This document shows, piece after piece, positions 46,441-56,686 of a stretch of DNA of 64,000 bases. The position numbers were made by a program, and so were the translations under genes. Origin of the DNA: Hyaloraphidium curvatum SAG 235-1. Taxonomy: Eukaryota; Fungi; Monoblepharomycota. Location: the NCBI GenBank assembly GCA_025558095.1, contig JAIVFI010000013.1, positions 62,001 through 126,000 of the forward strand, given 5' to 3'. The notes under the pieces are model-generated. The model was given only the letters and a program-made list of their open reading frames with translations, was not told where the DNA came from and ran no database searches. Each line of letters starts with the position of its first letter. Within the stretch, counting starts at the first letter, position 1.

Positions 46441-47093
46441 TAGATGAGGATAAGATCTGTCCTGACGATGTGCTGATTGCTATGTTGACATCGGGCAGAT
46501 TTTCCACCAGGGTCTTGCGCCGTTGCCTGGTTCGATGGAGGGTGAAGCCGCGTCGCAGGATCTGCCGTGCTTCCGTTAAATCGCCCTTGCGGTCTGCCCC
46601 TCAAAACCAGCCCTTGCGTCCTCCTCCGCCGATGACTTCATGCCGGAATGGCGTCTTGCTGATCTACAAGATGCGGGGATCAAGAGCCATCATCCACCAT
46701 TGCCTCCCGCCGTCCATCGCATCAGGCCGAATGCTGGGACGACAGCGATTGTCCCTGGCGCCCAGGAGGAGAGAGACTTGCCCTCTTCGCAGTTTAATAA
46801 GTGTCACAGGGGGTTGAGATTCAGCACCCATCCGACGAAACCTATTGGTTTCCGCATCGAGGGATCCGGCGTTAGCGGGGATATGGATGCGATAGCCGGT
46901 GCCGACGTCCAGTCCTCTGGGCGGTTCAGGGGCAAAACACTCGCAAATCGCGGAAATCGGACCGACAGATCCGCATGCAGATTCACCGCCGCGATCGCAT
47001 CTTGCGGGCGATGAGGGGAGGGTGGTTTTCGCCGACTCGGGAAATCGGGATCGGTCGGGACGCCCGCCGTCATCCCCACCCTCCCCCCCGGCA

Positions 47094-49601
47094 ATGGCGT
47101 CCCCTGCCGCGCCGGGCGCCCGGCCGGGCCAGAGCTGCGACCTGTGTTCGCGGCGGCGCCTGCGGTGCGACCGCGGGTGGCCGTGCGGGTTGTGCGCCGA
47201 GCGGGGCAGGGCGTGCACGTACGCGCGCGAGGTCCGGAAGCGGGGCCCCAAGCCCGCGGCGGGGCGGGCGGCGGACGGCAATGCCGTCAAACAGGTTGCG
47301 CCGGCGGCAGGAGGCCCGATCCGAGGCGCAGGAGCGGTCCGGCGTGTCGGGGGGCCGGCCGGGGAACTTGCCACTGCCCAGGTCGGGGCCCCTGCCGGCG
47401 GCCGCCTGCCTCCCGGCGCCCCGCACGCGCCTCCTTTGGAGCCCGGAGGTCCCTTTGGGACTGCAGTTGCCCGCTGGTCGCCGCTGCCGCCATCGCCGGG
47501 GTCGGACAGCTCGTCGGGCGCGTCCCCGGGCCCCGTGCTGGCGTCGAACCCGCTTTTTGCCGGCGCCTTTGCCGCCCTCGCCGGGCAGATGCCTGCGAAT
47601 GTGCAGGCGCACATTGCACCGCCCCATGTGCCGGCGAGCACGCCTCCTTTCTACCCCGGAGCGCATCCCGCACCACTCTTCCGCCCCCTCGTGCCGAGTC
47701 TGCCGCGCCACCTGACGCTGGCCGACGATCTGCCTCCGTTACCCGACCCCGGCGTCCTGCGCTACCTCGTCGACGCCTACTTCCTCACCATCGGCACCAC
47801 CGTGCCGATCTTCCACCGCCCGACCTTCACAGCCTCCCTCGCGCAGCAGCCCTTGTTCCTGATCTGGACCATGGCCGCAATCGCGCTGCCATTCCTGCCG
47901 CACGGCGTCTCATCGGGTTCCCCCCTATCGAGGAAGCTGCTTGCCGCAATGCCCGCGGACGCGCACACGGTGCTGCGCCCCGCGACGCGCAGGGCGCTGC
48001 AGACCAACCTCGTCGAGCGGGCCAAGCGCGCGCTGCTCCGGGTCGCGGAAGCTACCGCCCTCAGCGGTCCCGACTACGGCACCGGGGAACAGTTCCGGAT
48101 CGCCAAGATGGGCGGGCTCGTGCTCCTCGGGATGGTCACCGCCTTCAGGTTCTACAAGGGCGCGATCGAGTTCACGGACGCCGTCAACAGGCTGGCCACC
48201 GAAGAGGCCCGCGCGCTGGGGCTGAACCTGCCACGCCCCATGGCGGGGCACGGCGCGCAGCCCGCGGGGGGTTGGATCGCCGACGAAACGGCGAGGAGGC
48301 TTTGGTACGCCATGTTCATCGCGGACCAGGTGGCGGCGATGGGGCTGAACCGCCCTCCATCCGTCGGACACGGGGAGTGCCTGGCCCCCGCGCCGATTTC
48401 GGACGCCGCCTTTGCCGCCGACGGGCCGGAGTCGCCCGCGGAGCAGCCGATTCCCGCCGCGCTGGTTTTCGACAACCCCGACGCACCCTCGGTGCGCGCC
48501 GACGGCGTTCTTGTCTCCGAGTGGGCCATGGCAGCTGCCGCGGCTTCGACGCTCGCGGCGGTCGTGGACTGGCAGCGCCAGAGTCGCATGAAGGGTGTCC
48601 AGTTCTTCCTGCCGCGGACCGAGGACACTGATCCGGCGTGGGAAGACTGCCATGCGAGGTTCCTCGGTCTCGCGGCGATGTTGGAGCGGCTGTATTGGAA
48701 GTTCCCCGCCTGGCTGCGGGACCTGGACGCCGACCCCGCAGGATTCCTCGCCGACCTGCCCTCCGACATCGCAGCTGCCGATCCCGCTGCCGTCGCCAAG
48801 GCGGTGCACGCGATAGCCATGCTGCATGCCGCGCAGTGCTGTCTGCATTCACCCCCGGCACCGGCGGCGGAGCACCGCGAAACGAGGGCATGGATGGCCC
48901 ACGGGCACCTTGAACGCCCCAATGACAACGCTCCCGTCATGGTCGCGGCCACCGCCTCCGCCCGCCGCGCCGGCCGCACGGCCTTCGCCGGTTTCCCCCT
49001 CGCCCCCGATCCGTCCGACCCCTCGGGCTTCCTCACTTCCCCCGCGGCGCTGTGCTTCTTCCACCAGCGCCGCCGCGCTGCACTTTCGCGCCACGCGCTG
49101 ATGCCCCTGGACCCAGACGTCGTTTTCCGGGACGGATTGCAGGGGATCGCGGCGATCCAAGTGTTCATGTTGCGGCTCCTGCTGCGGGGGATGTACGCCG
49201 AGGAGGCGGTGGGACGGCTGGCGGGCGAGTTCGTGCGGGACAACGGGTCGGGCCGCGCGCCCGGCCCGGACGACGCGTCGGAGCTCCTCCGCCGCGCGCA
49301 GCAGGAAGGCGACCGCGAGTTCTGGTCGGACCTGCACGCGCACCTGGCCGAGATGAAACCCGGCGGGACGCAGCACCGCGCCGGCGCCGCCGGGCTGCAC
49401 ATGACGAAGGTGATCCTCGCCTCGGCGCGGCTGCACACGCCGGGGGAGGGTTCCTTCGCGGGGCTGCGGTACTCGACGATCGGGGCGCTGGGGGGGGAGT
49501 TCAAGGAGATGGTGATGCGGAGGGTGCTCAGCGGGCCGGATAGGGCGGAGCCGGGGGTGGAGGAGGGGGAGGAGGAGGGTGGGGCGCAGGCGGTGCTGTA
49601 G
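47094..49601 (+). CDS. Zn(II)2Cys6 fungal transcription factor with middle homology region
   Basis: CDLCSRRRLRCDRGWPCGLCAERGRAC, KRGPK, LVDAYF...PIFHRPTF and ETARRLWYAMFIADQ. Confidence 0.93.
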   Translation: MASPAAPGARPGQSCDLCSRRRLRCDRGWPCGLCAERGRACTYAREVRKRGPKPAAGRAADGNAVKQVAPAAGGPIRGAGAVRRVGGPAGELATAQVGAPAGGRLPPGAPHAPPLEPGGPFGTAVARWSPLPPSPGSDSSSGASPGPVLASNPLFAGAFAALAGQMPANVQAHIAPPHVPASTPPFYPGAHPAPLFRPLVPSLPRHLTLADDLPPLPDPGVLRYLVDAYFLTIGTTVPIFHRPTFTASLAQQPLFLIWTMAAIALPFLPHGVSSGSPLSRKLLAAMPADAHTVLRPATRRALQTNLVERAKRALLRVAEATALSGPDYGTGEQFRIAKMGGLVLLGMVTAFRFYKGAIEFTDAVNRLATEEARALGLNLPRPMAGHGAQPAGGWIADETARRLWYAMFIADQVAAMGLNRPPSVGHGECLAPAPISDAAFAADGPESPAEQPIPAALVFDNPDAPSVRADGVLVSEWAMAAAAASTLAAVVDWQRQSRMKGVQFFLPRTEDTDPAWEDCHARFLGLAAMLERLYWKFPAWLRDLDADPAGFLADLPSDIAAADPAAVAKAVHAIAMLHAAQCCLHSPPAPAAEHRETRAWMAHGHLERPNDNAPVMVAATASARRAGRTAFAGFPLAPDPSDPSGFLTSPAALCFFHQRRRAALSRHALMPLDPDVVFRDGLQGIAAIQVFMLRLLLRGMYAEEAVGRLAGEFVRDNGSGRAPGPDDASELLRRAQQEGDREFWSDLHAHLAEMKPGGTQHRAGAAGLHMTKVILASARLHTPGEGSFAGLRYSTIGALGGEFKEMVMRRVLSGPDRAEPGVEEGEEEGGAQAVL

Positions 49602-49766
49602 GCTGCGCCACCGGAAAGAGCATCTGGCGAAGGACGGGAGGGCGGTTCATTTCGCGCTGCTTTCCAGTTTTCCGACCGCACGAGCGCAGGCTTGTTTATG
49701 CCGCCTCGGCCATTTCAATTATCCCGTCTCACGAGTCGTCTAGCGTTCCGACCCGGGCCAGTCCAA

Positions 49767-50720
49767 TCACCACGCCGCCATGGTGGCCGAAACCTCCACG
49801 AACGTCGGCCTATCCGCAGGCTCCTGCGCCCACATCTTCTGCATCAGCTCCCACAGGCCGTCGCTCGCCGCGAGCGGCCTGTCCGGCCTGTCCCCGGCCT
49901 TGACCGCGGCAATCAGCAGGTCCCTCGGCAGCCCCATGAACGGGTATCCCCCCTCGTCCGACACCTCGTAGCAAACCATGGCGAACGCGTAGACGTCCAC
50001 TGGGGGACGCAGTCGCCCGCCGCGCCACCGCTCCGGCGCCATGAAGACGGGGGTTCCGCCCTGCTTCATCTGGCCGTCGTCGTTGTTGAGCGTGTTCATG
50101 GAGCCGGTGGTGAGGTGGCTGCGGACGCGAGAGAGGCCAAAGTCGGCGATCTTGGGGACGTCGTGGTCTTCGCGAAGGAATTGGTTACGATGGGGCCAGC
50201 GAGCCGCATGAAAAGCGCCAACCGATCATAATGTTCTCGCACTTCAGATCGCCGTGGAGGACGTCGAACGAGTGCAGGTAGGCCATGCCCGCGGCGACGC
50301 CTTTGAGGTAGCGCATGCCCATGGCCCCGTCCCAATCCAGCTCTTCCAGCCGCTCCCGCATATTACCGTTGGACACGAGCTCCGAGACCATGAGGGGCGG
50401 AGATTCGCAAAAGGCAAGGAGCGGGAGCACTGCGCAGCGGTACACGAGTGGTGAGGATCAGTCGATGCTGAACAACACGGTCGCCCACCATTTCGCTGGG
50501 TCAGCCCCTCCCACAGAGCTATCTCGCCCAAGAACATCTTAATCATGCGGGGACTGACATCGCCCTTTATCGTTTTGACGGCGACGGCCGTGGCACCCCG
50601 GAGGGTCCCGCGGTTCCGTGATCTCCAGATGCCGAGCACGCGACATCCACGGGACGAGCGACGTTCGAGTCCACCGCATCGCACACCTGCTTTTTTGGCA
50701 GCCAGATCGATTTCCGTGCT
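49767..50720 (-). pseudogene. Tyrosine-kinase-like (TKL) kinase domain, 5'-truncated or disrupted
   Basis: VAVK, GMAYLHSFDVLHGDLKCENI, KIADFGLS, GTPVFMAPE, DVYAFA and RPTF. No Gly-rich loop or clear ATG, and the upstream gene stops at 50757. Confidence 0.65.
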
Positions 50721-50756
50721 CGCTGGCCGCCCGGCCACGACGACGCGGGATGGACG

Positions 50757-51578
50757 TCACACCACCCTGTACAGCGCCGCCGCATTCTCCCAAAACACCC
50801 TCCTTGCCCCTCCCGGCCCCAGCGCTTCCTCGACGAGCGCCACGTCCCCGTCCTCGAACGGCCTTTTGGCCCTCGTCGACGGCAGGTCGGTGCCGAACAC
50901 CAGCGCCGCGGGGTCCCTCTCCACTATAGCCCTCATCGCCCCGGGGAGATCGGAGATGGACGTCCGTCCGAATCCGGAGGCCTTGACCCTCGCCCCCGCC
51001 CCGACGAGCTCCAGCAGGGCGGGGAGGCCGGCGTCCGACATCCCCAAATGGTCCACCACGAGCACGGGGAGCGTGCCCAGCATCTTCGCGTGGGGTGCCA
51101 AGACGGCGGCTTCGGCGTACACCTCGGCGTGCCAGCCCGCGACCCTGTGCGCGCGGGAGGCGAGGCGGACCATCGCGTCGATGGCCTTCGACGGGTCGGG
51201 GTCGGTGGAGGGCCCGCCGCGGAGGAGGTTGAACCGCAGCGCCCTCACGCCGACCCCGTCCAGCCTCCGGATCTCGGCATCGGGTACGTCCTCGGGCAGT
51301 TGGGCGACGCCGACCCAGTTCTCCCCCAGCCTCCGCAGCGCGTCCTCCAAGTAGGTGGTGTCGAACCCCTGGAACGACCCCGAGACGACGGCGCCGCCCG
51401 CGACGCCGAGGCCCGCGGTGCGCGCGCGGTAGTCGTCCGCCGTGAATTCCGGGGGCAGGTAGCCGTTGTTGGCGACCAGCGGGAACCCGGGGGCGACGAT
51501 GTGGACGTGCGCGTCGAAGATCTTCCTCCCTTGCGGCGGGGGATCGCGGTCTGCTGGGGCGTCGGGGGGAGCGTCCAT
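50757..51578 (-). CDS. Amidohydrolase_2 family protein (PDC lactonase LigI-like), bacterial type
   Basis: 273-aa intronless ORF. IFDAHVHI, GGAVVSGSFQGFDTTYL, GVRALRFNL, VDHLG, KASGFGR and FGTDLPSTRA. Confidence 0.88.
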   Translation of the reverse strand: MDAPPDAPADRDPPPQGRKIFDAHVHIVAPGFPLVANNGYLPPEFTADDYRARTAGLGVAGGAVVSGSFQGFDTTYLEDALRRLGENWVGVAQLPEDVPDAEIRRLDGVGVRALRFNLLRGGPSTDPDPSKAIDAMVRLASRAHRVAGWHAEVYAEAAVLAPHAKMLGTLPVLVVDHLGMSDAGLPALLELVGAGARVKASGFGRTSISDLPGAMRAIVERDPAALVFGTDLPSTRAKRPFEDGDVALVEEALGPGGARRVFWENAAALYRVV

Positions 51579-52081
51579 GGCGGGCAAGAGGGGGGGAACG
51601 CGGAACGGTGGGGTGATGAGGGGGCGATGCGCGGGTTTTGTGCGCGGGATCCGTGGAAGCGCGGAAGCGGCGGTGCGGTTCCTGGAAGGCGGTGTCGGGC
51701 TGCTTCGGCCGGCCGAGTCCATCGGGACGGGCTGCCAGTTTGCTGCGTGTTGAAGTACAAAGATCGATGCAATCAGAGGCGCCGATGTCGTCTGTAGATG
51801 GACGCGAGCTGATGAAGCGTTCGAGCTCGAAGGAGCCCGTCGAGGTCCGACATCCCGGTGAATCGCGGTGCTGCAGGTCTCTTAATACCAGCAATTGCAA
51901 TCAGAAGGCTTCATTTTCTCGCTGCTTTCCCCCGTCTCGTCGTCGGAAGCGGATCCGGCCAGCTGTGGAGGCCGGCGGCTTCACTTCCGAAGGGTCCGGG
52001 CGGCCCGCGCGTCAGCTCGGCGCAGCAGACCACCGACAGCCGACCTTGCGGACCGAACAGGGCCGTGCGGCCACTCCCGAC

Positions 52082-53498
52082 ATGCGGACGTTCTTTGCCC
52101 TCGTGCTCGCCATGTGCGCGGCGCGGGCGGGCGCGGCGGCGGGCGCCGACGGGGCGGGGCTGCGCGAGCAGCGGGCAGCGGACGCGGCGCCGGCCGGCGG
52201 GCGCCATCGGGGCGACACGGGCCGCGGGCGGGCGGCGGGCGACGCGGCGGACGAGGGGACGTCGGGCGGCTCCGGGATCCGCCGGGGGGAGGGGCGCGGG
52301 GAGCGCGGGGGCGGCGCGGGCGGCCGGGTTTTGCACGGACTGGCCGAGGCGCGCAGGGCGGCGCGGCTCATGCGGCCGATGGGGCTGCCGCATAAGCGGG
52401 GTGCTGACAGCGATATGGACACGCCGGGCGGCGCCGGGGACGCCCATCGGGCGCCCATTTCGGACTTGGAGCCCGCCGGCCCGCACGGGCTCCACCGCCG
52501 GCTCGGCGCGATCCCCGTCGCCGGCATCGTCAGCGGCAACTCGGCCGCCGTCAAGGCCAAGCAGCGCATCGCGGCCGCCGCCAAGCGCGCCCGCCGCAAG
52601 AAGAAGAAGACCACCTCGACGACCTCGTCCACCTCGACCAGCGTCACCTTCACGCACACCACGACGACCCTCACCACCTCCACCTTTACCCGCACGACCT
52701 CCACCACCACGCAGACCACCCTCACCACGACCGAAACCGCCACCAAGACCGTCCAAATCGCCACAGAGGAACCTCCCCCGCGCACCCTCAAGACCGGCAC
52801 CCGGACCCCGCAGACCACCGCGACCCCCGACGAATGGTTCGGCCCGTGCCCGTGGGGCGCCGACGTCCCCGAGACCACCGTCGCGCGGTGCGGAAAGACA
52901 TTCAACCAGCGCTGCCCGCCGGGAGAGTGCTGCACGCCCACGGGGGACTGCCGCAACCCCAACGACGAGTTCGGTGGGCCTCCTCCTCCCCTTTTGCCGC
53001 GCGCCGATCGAGCTGACCACGCCCCCGCGTGCACAGAGGTCCCGTGGTGCAACGCCGAGTGCCAGCACGGCTACGGCCGGTGCCGCAACGCGACCGGCAC
53101 CGTCGACTTTTCCTGCGCGACGACGACCATCCCGTACTCGACCACGCGCATGTCGGCGGCAACACCCGTGTACATGGCCTGCCCCGACCTCGAGATCACC
53201 CGCTCCGGCAGGTGCGGCCCGGAGTGGGGGAACCTCCGGTGCCACGAGGACCTGTGCTGCGGCGGCGGCGGATGGTGCCAGGTTCGTCCTCCCTCCTCTT
53301 TCCCTTGCGATCGTTTGCTCACGCGGGCTGCGGTAGGACGACGGCGGCGACAGCGGCAAGGAGTGGTGCGGGCTCACGTGCCAGCTCGGCTTCGGCAAGT
53401 GCTGGGTGTCGGAGCACCCGGGGGCCACCATCAGGTGCCCGGCGAGGAGGGCAAAGTTCGACATCGGGGAGTTTTTGGCGCCGGACGAGGAGCCGTAG
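52082..53498 (+). CDS. Secreted protein with two hevein/CBM18 chitin-binding domains
   Basis: Signal MRTFFALVLAMCAARAGA, a polybasic stretch and a Thr-rich linker. Domains RCG...RCPPGECCTPTGDC...WCNAECQHGYGRC and RCGPEWGNLRCHEDLCCGGGGWC...WCGLTCQLGFGKC. Last exon ends APDEEP*. Confidence 0.85.
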
Positions 53499-53768
53499 TT
53501 GGGACGGGGGCTCGGGGGCCCGGATCGGGGATGCGCCGGCGCGCTGTTGGGTTCCCCCTGCTGCATGTGCTTCGTCTCGAATCGATCTCCGTCGCATTCT
53601 CGGTCCCGATGATGGATGCAGATTGCACGGTCGTGTTGGCCTCGACGATCGCGATCGGGGATTCCCTCAGCCGCCGCCAAGGCGCGCCAAAGGACGTTGC
53701 CACAGATGACTACAACGCACAACTTCACCACTTCGAACGAGCCAAACCGACCCGACACCCCTAGAGCG

Positions 53769-54839
53769 ATGGCACCCATGCGCTGGCACCTCCCCGCGCT
53801 CGTCGCGGCCGCGCTCGCCGTGCTCCTTGCCGCGCAGCCTGCGTGCGCGGCCCCCGCAGCGGTCAACCCGTGCTTCTACCTGCACTGCTCGACCGGCTGC
53901 TGCTCCGAGAGCGAGGGCGGCTGCGTGCCGTCCGACCGCTGCTTCATCGTTGTGCTGCCGGGCGGCGGCGCGGAGCGGCCGGCGGGCGTGCGGCCAGCGG
54001 TGCCCGCGCCGGCCGGCGGGCCGTGCGGCGCGTCGGACGCCGACCACTGCCTGACCGGGTGCTGCGTGCGCGGCGCGTGCGCGGCGCCCGACGCGTGCTT
54101 CGGTGCGCAGGCCGCGCCGGTGCGGCCCGACGGCGCCCGCTGCTTCGCGCACGCCGCGTGCGCGTCCGGCTGCTGCGACTGCTCGCTGCCGTCCGCCGCG
54201 GACGCGCCCGTCGCCGCCACGTGCGCGTGCGCGCCCCGCGAGCGCTGCTTCGGCGCGCCGGATGGCGAGCCGCTGGGCAGGCCCGCCGGCGCAAACTGCT
54301 CCGCGTCCGGCGTGCAGTGCGCCTCCAGCTGCTGCGTGGGCGGCTCGTGCGCGCCGCACGCCGCCTGCTTCGGCGCCGGCGCATCCCCGGCACCCGCCGG
54401 CCCCGGCGCAGCGTGCGCCTCGGCCGCCGGCTGCGCATCCGCATGCTGCTTCAACTCGCGCTGCTCCCCCCCCGGCCTGTGCTCCGCCGCCGGCCCCGCC
54501 TCCGCAGGCAGGCCCGGCGGCGCAGCGTGCTCCTCCTCGGGCCCCGAGTGCGCCTCGGCGTGCTGCCTCGGGGGCGCCTGCGCCGACCACGCGGCGTGCT
54601 TCGGCGCCGGCGCCGGAGCGCTGTCCTGCGTGCAGGGGGCCGCGTGCGGCTCGGGGGACGGCTGCGACTCGGGGTGCTGCATCAACGCGCGGTGCTCGCC
54701 CGGCGCCCTGTGCATGGGAGCCCCGGGCGGGCGGTGCGGGGGGGCCGCGGATTGCCCCGGGGACGGGTGGATGTGCACGGGGGGACGGTGCGTGGTGATG
54801 CCCGGCGAACCGCTGCTTCCGGCAGTCTGGCGGGGGTGA
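53769..54839 (+). CDS. Secreted protein of tandem C-C-CC-C-C (knottin-spaced) modules
   Basis: Signal peptide, then seven C-x-C-x3-CC-x-C-x5-C units and a 4-Cys terminal unit. Intronless. Confidence 0.8.
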   Translation: MAPMRWHLPALVAAALAVLLAAQPACAAPAAVNPCFYLHCSTGCCSESEGGCVPSDRCFIVVLPGGGAERPAGVRPAVPAPAGGPCGASDADHCLTGCCVRGACAAPDACFGAQAAPVRPDGARCFAHAACASGCCDCSLPSAADAPVAATCACAPRERCFGAPDGEPLGRPAGANCSASGVQCASSCCVGGSCAPHAACFGAGASPAPAGPGAACASAAGCASACCFNSRCSPPGLCSAAGPASAGRPGGAACSSSGPECASACCLGGACADHAACFGAGAGALSCVQGAACGSGDGCDSGCCINARCSPGALCMGAPGGRCGGAADCPGDGWMCTGGRCVVMPGEPLLPAVWRG

Positions 54840-55263
54840 GGTGGCTCCACAGCCTGCTTTTCCTCGCGGATTCCTTCCTCTCTATGAAGTGAAACTACTG
54901 GAAACTTCGACACGTTGCACGGCGCGAAGATGCGATGATTGCATTCACCGCTCCTGGTGCCCAAACCAGGCGTCGAATATAGCCTTGCTGACCGTGCTGA
55001 TGAATCTACCCACACCTCCTCCGCTTCCCCGTACGGGTCGAATGGGTTCGGTGTACTTTTCTATGCGTTTGGTGCCCAAGCAACCGCCCCGCCCGGGCAG
55101 GGGGGACTGGTGGCCTGTTGCACATCGCCGTGGACCGGACGAACTGCGTGGCCTTTTGTTCGCGCTCCGAACTTCCACCCCCCCGCAGGAGTCGAGAATT
55201 AGATGATGACCAGAATACATCAGGTAGAATTAGTGCCAAAGCCGTCGCCGTCCCCCGCACGGT

Positions 55264-56515
55264 TCACCCCGCCGTCGAGCACAGCACCGCGAAGGTGATG
55301 GCGGCCACCACCACCTGCACCCCCACCGAAATGTAGTCCCACCTCCTGACCTCCCTCAGCACCGACCTCGGGTCGCCCCGGGCCCACCTCCCCTCCTTCA
55401 GGAACTTTGGCGCCGGCCCCCACAGCGCGCCCTCCTCGGAGCCCGCGTCCTCGTCGCGCGCCTCCTTGCCCACCAGGGCGTGGCGCTCGTCCTCCTCCCG
55501 GTCCAGCGCGGCGTGGAACACGGCGTTGTCCCAGAGCACCTGGAGGAAGGTGAAGGTGACGAGGACGTAGGCGGTGATGTAGAGCTCGTCCATCAGCACG
55601 AGCCCCGAGACGATGGCGGGGTCGATCGAGGTCTGCTGCAGGAAGACGCAGGTGATGAGCGCCGTCGCGCACAGGCCGATGCGGAGCTCGACGATCTTGG
55701 GGTGCACGAAGAGGGAGCTCCAGGCCACGATGAGGACAAAGATCAGGGGCACGAGCTTCCAGGCAAAGTTGCTCTGGGCGCGGGCGATGGTGACGGTGAC
55801 CAGGATCGCGGAAAAGCGCTCCGAGGAGTTGCTGCCGGGGTCGCCGAAGTTGGTGCCGTAGTCGTGCAGGTACGGCTCGATGGTCATGGAGAGCACGCTC
55901 CAGCCCGGCACGACGATGGAGCGGTCGTGGCCCGAGTTCTTGGTGTCCGGGAGGAAGATGAGCTCCGACGCGGGGAGCTCGGGGTCCTCGATGACCAGCT
56001 GTAGTTTCTGCCTGTCCATCGGGAAGGAGCGGAGGTTGAAGGCCTGGTAAAAGGTACCCTGTACTTTGAGCTCCTGGTACTGGACGCCCCCCGGATAGAC
56101 GGCAGGCTCGTCCGATAGGCGATTGACCGTCGCCCCGCCGTCGATGGCGTTCACGAACTCCAGGGTTCTCGTGGGGTCCGTGAGGTTCCCGGACCACAAC
56201 GCCCACATGTAGACGGTCATGTCGACGTCGGAGGAGGCCACATCGAGGTCGTACTATCGAGCGAGGGGGGATTCAGCGGGAGAGCCTGCCGGGGGACGGG
56301 CCACCCACGATGTTGAGCACCTGCACGCCGATGGTCACCGTCGCGGTGTTGTTCGGCACGGCGGGCAGCGGCACGAAGTCGCCCGTCGCGGCGCGCTTCG
56401 TCGGGTGAACCGGCGCGGCCCCGTGCGGATGCCGTGCTGCGGCCACCGGCGGCGCCGCGCAGAGGGCCGCGGACAGCGCCGCCAGCGCCGAGAGGCACGC
56501 TCGGTCGAAGCGCAT
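55264..56515 (-). CDS. Cys-less pentameric ligand-gated ion channel (GLIC/ELIC-like Pro-loop receptor)
   Basis: Exons 56515-56309 and 56253-55264 (55-nt intron), 398 aa. Signal peptide, beta1-2 VTIGVQVLNI|YDLD, LEFVNA, Pro-loop FNLRSFPMDRQKL, VPGW and pre-M1 IAR. M1 KLVPLIFVLIVAWSSLFV, M2 ELRIGLCATALITCVF, M3 LMDELYITAYVLVTFTFLQVLW, M4 YISVGVQVVVAAITFAVL. Confidence 0.9.
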
Positions 56516-56686
56516 CGCGGAAGGCAGCCGCGGGTCGGTCCGCCGGCTTCCGGGTCGGGGCTTCGGTCTGGCCGGTCCGGCGCGGCTGAGCGGTTGGTGC
56601 GGGCGGTGCGGTTGATGACGCGATCGTCAGCAGATCTTGCCGGAGCTTCCGAACCTTTCACCAGCATGAAGCTACACGGTGTCAAT

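Noticed and set aside
50610-50696. Possible tRNA (GTTCGAGTCC plus downstream T-run)
   Set aside because: The T-stem does not pair, and no matching acceptor 5' strand, D-arm or anticodon arm can be folded.
10976-56515. Bacterial contamination as the explanation for the prokaryote-like genes
   Set aside because: They are interspersed singly among intron-containing fungal genes with similar GC content, show no operon structure, and the pLGIC has its own spliceosomal intron. Read-level confirmation is still needed.
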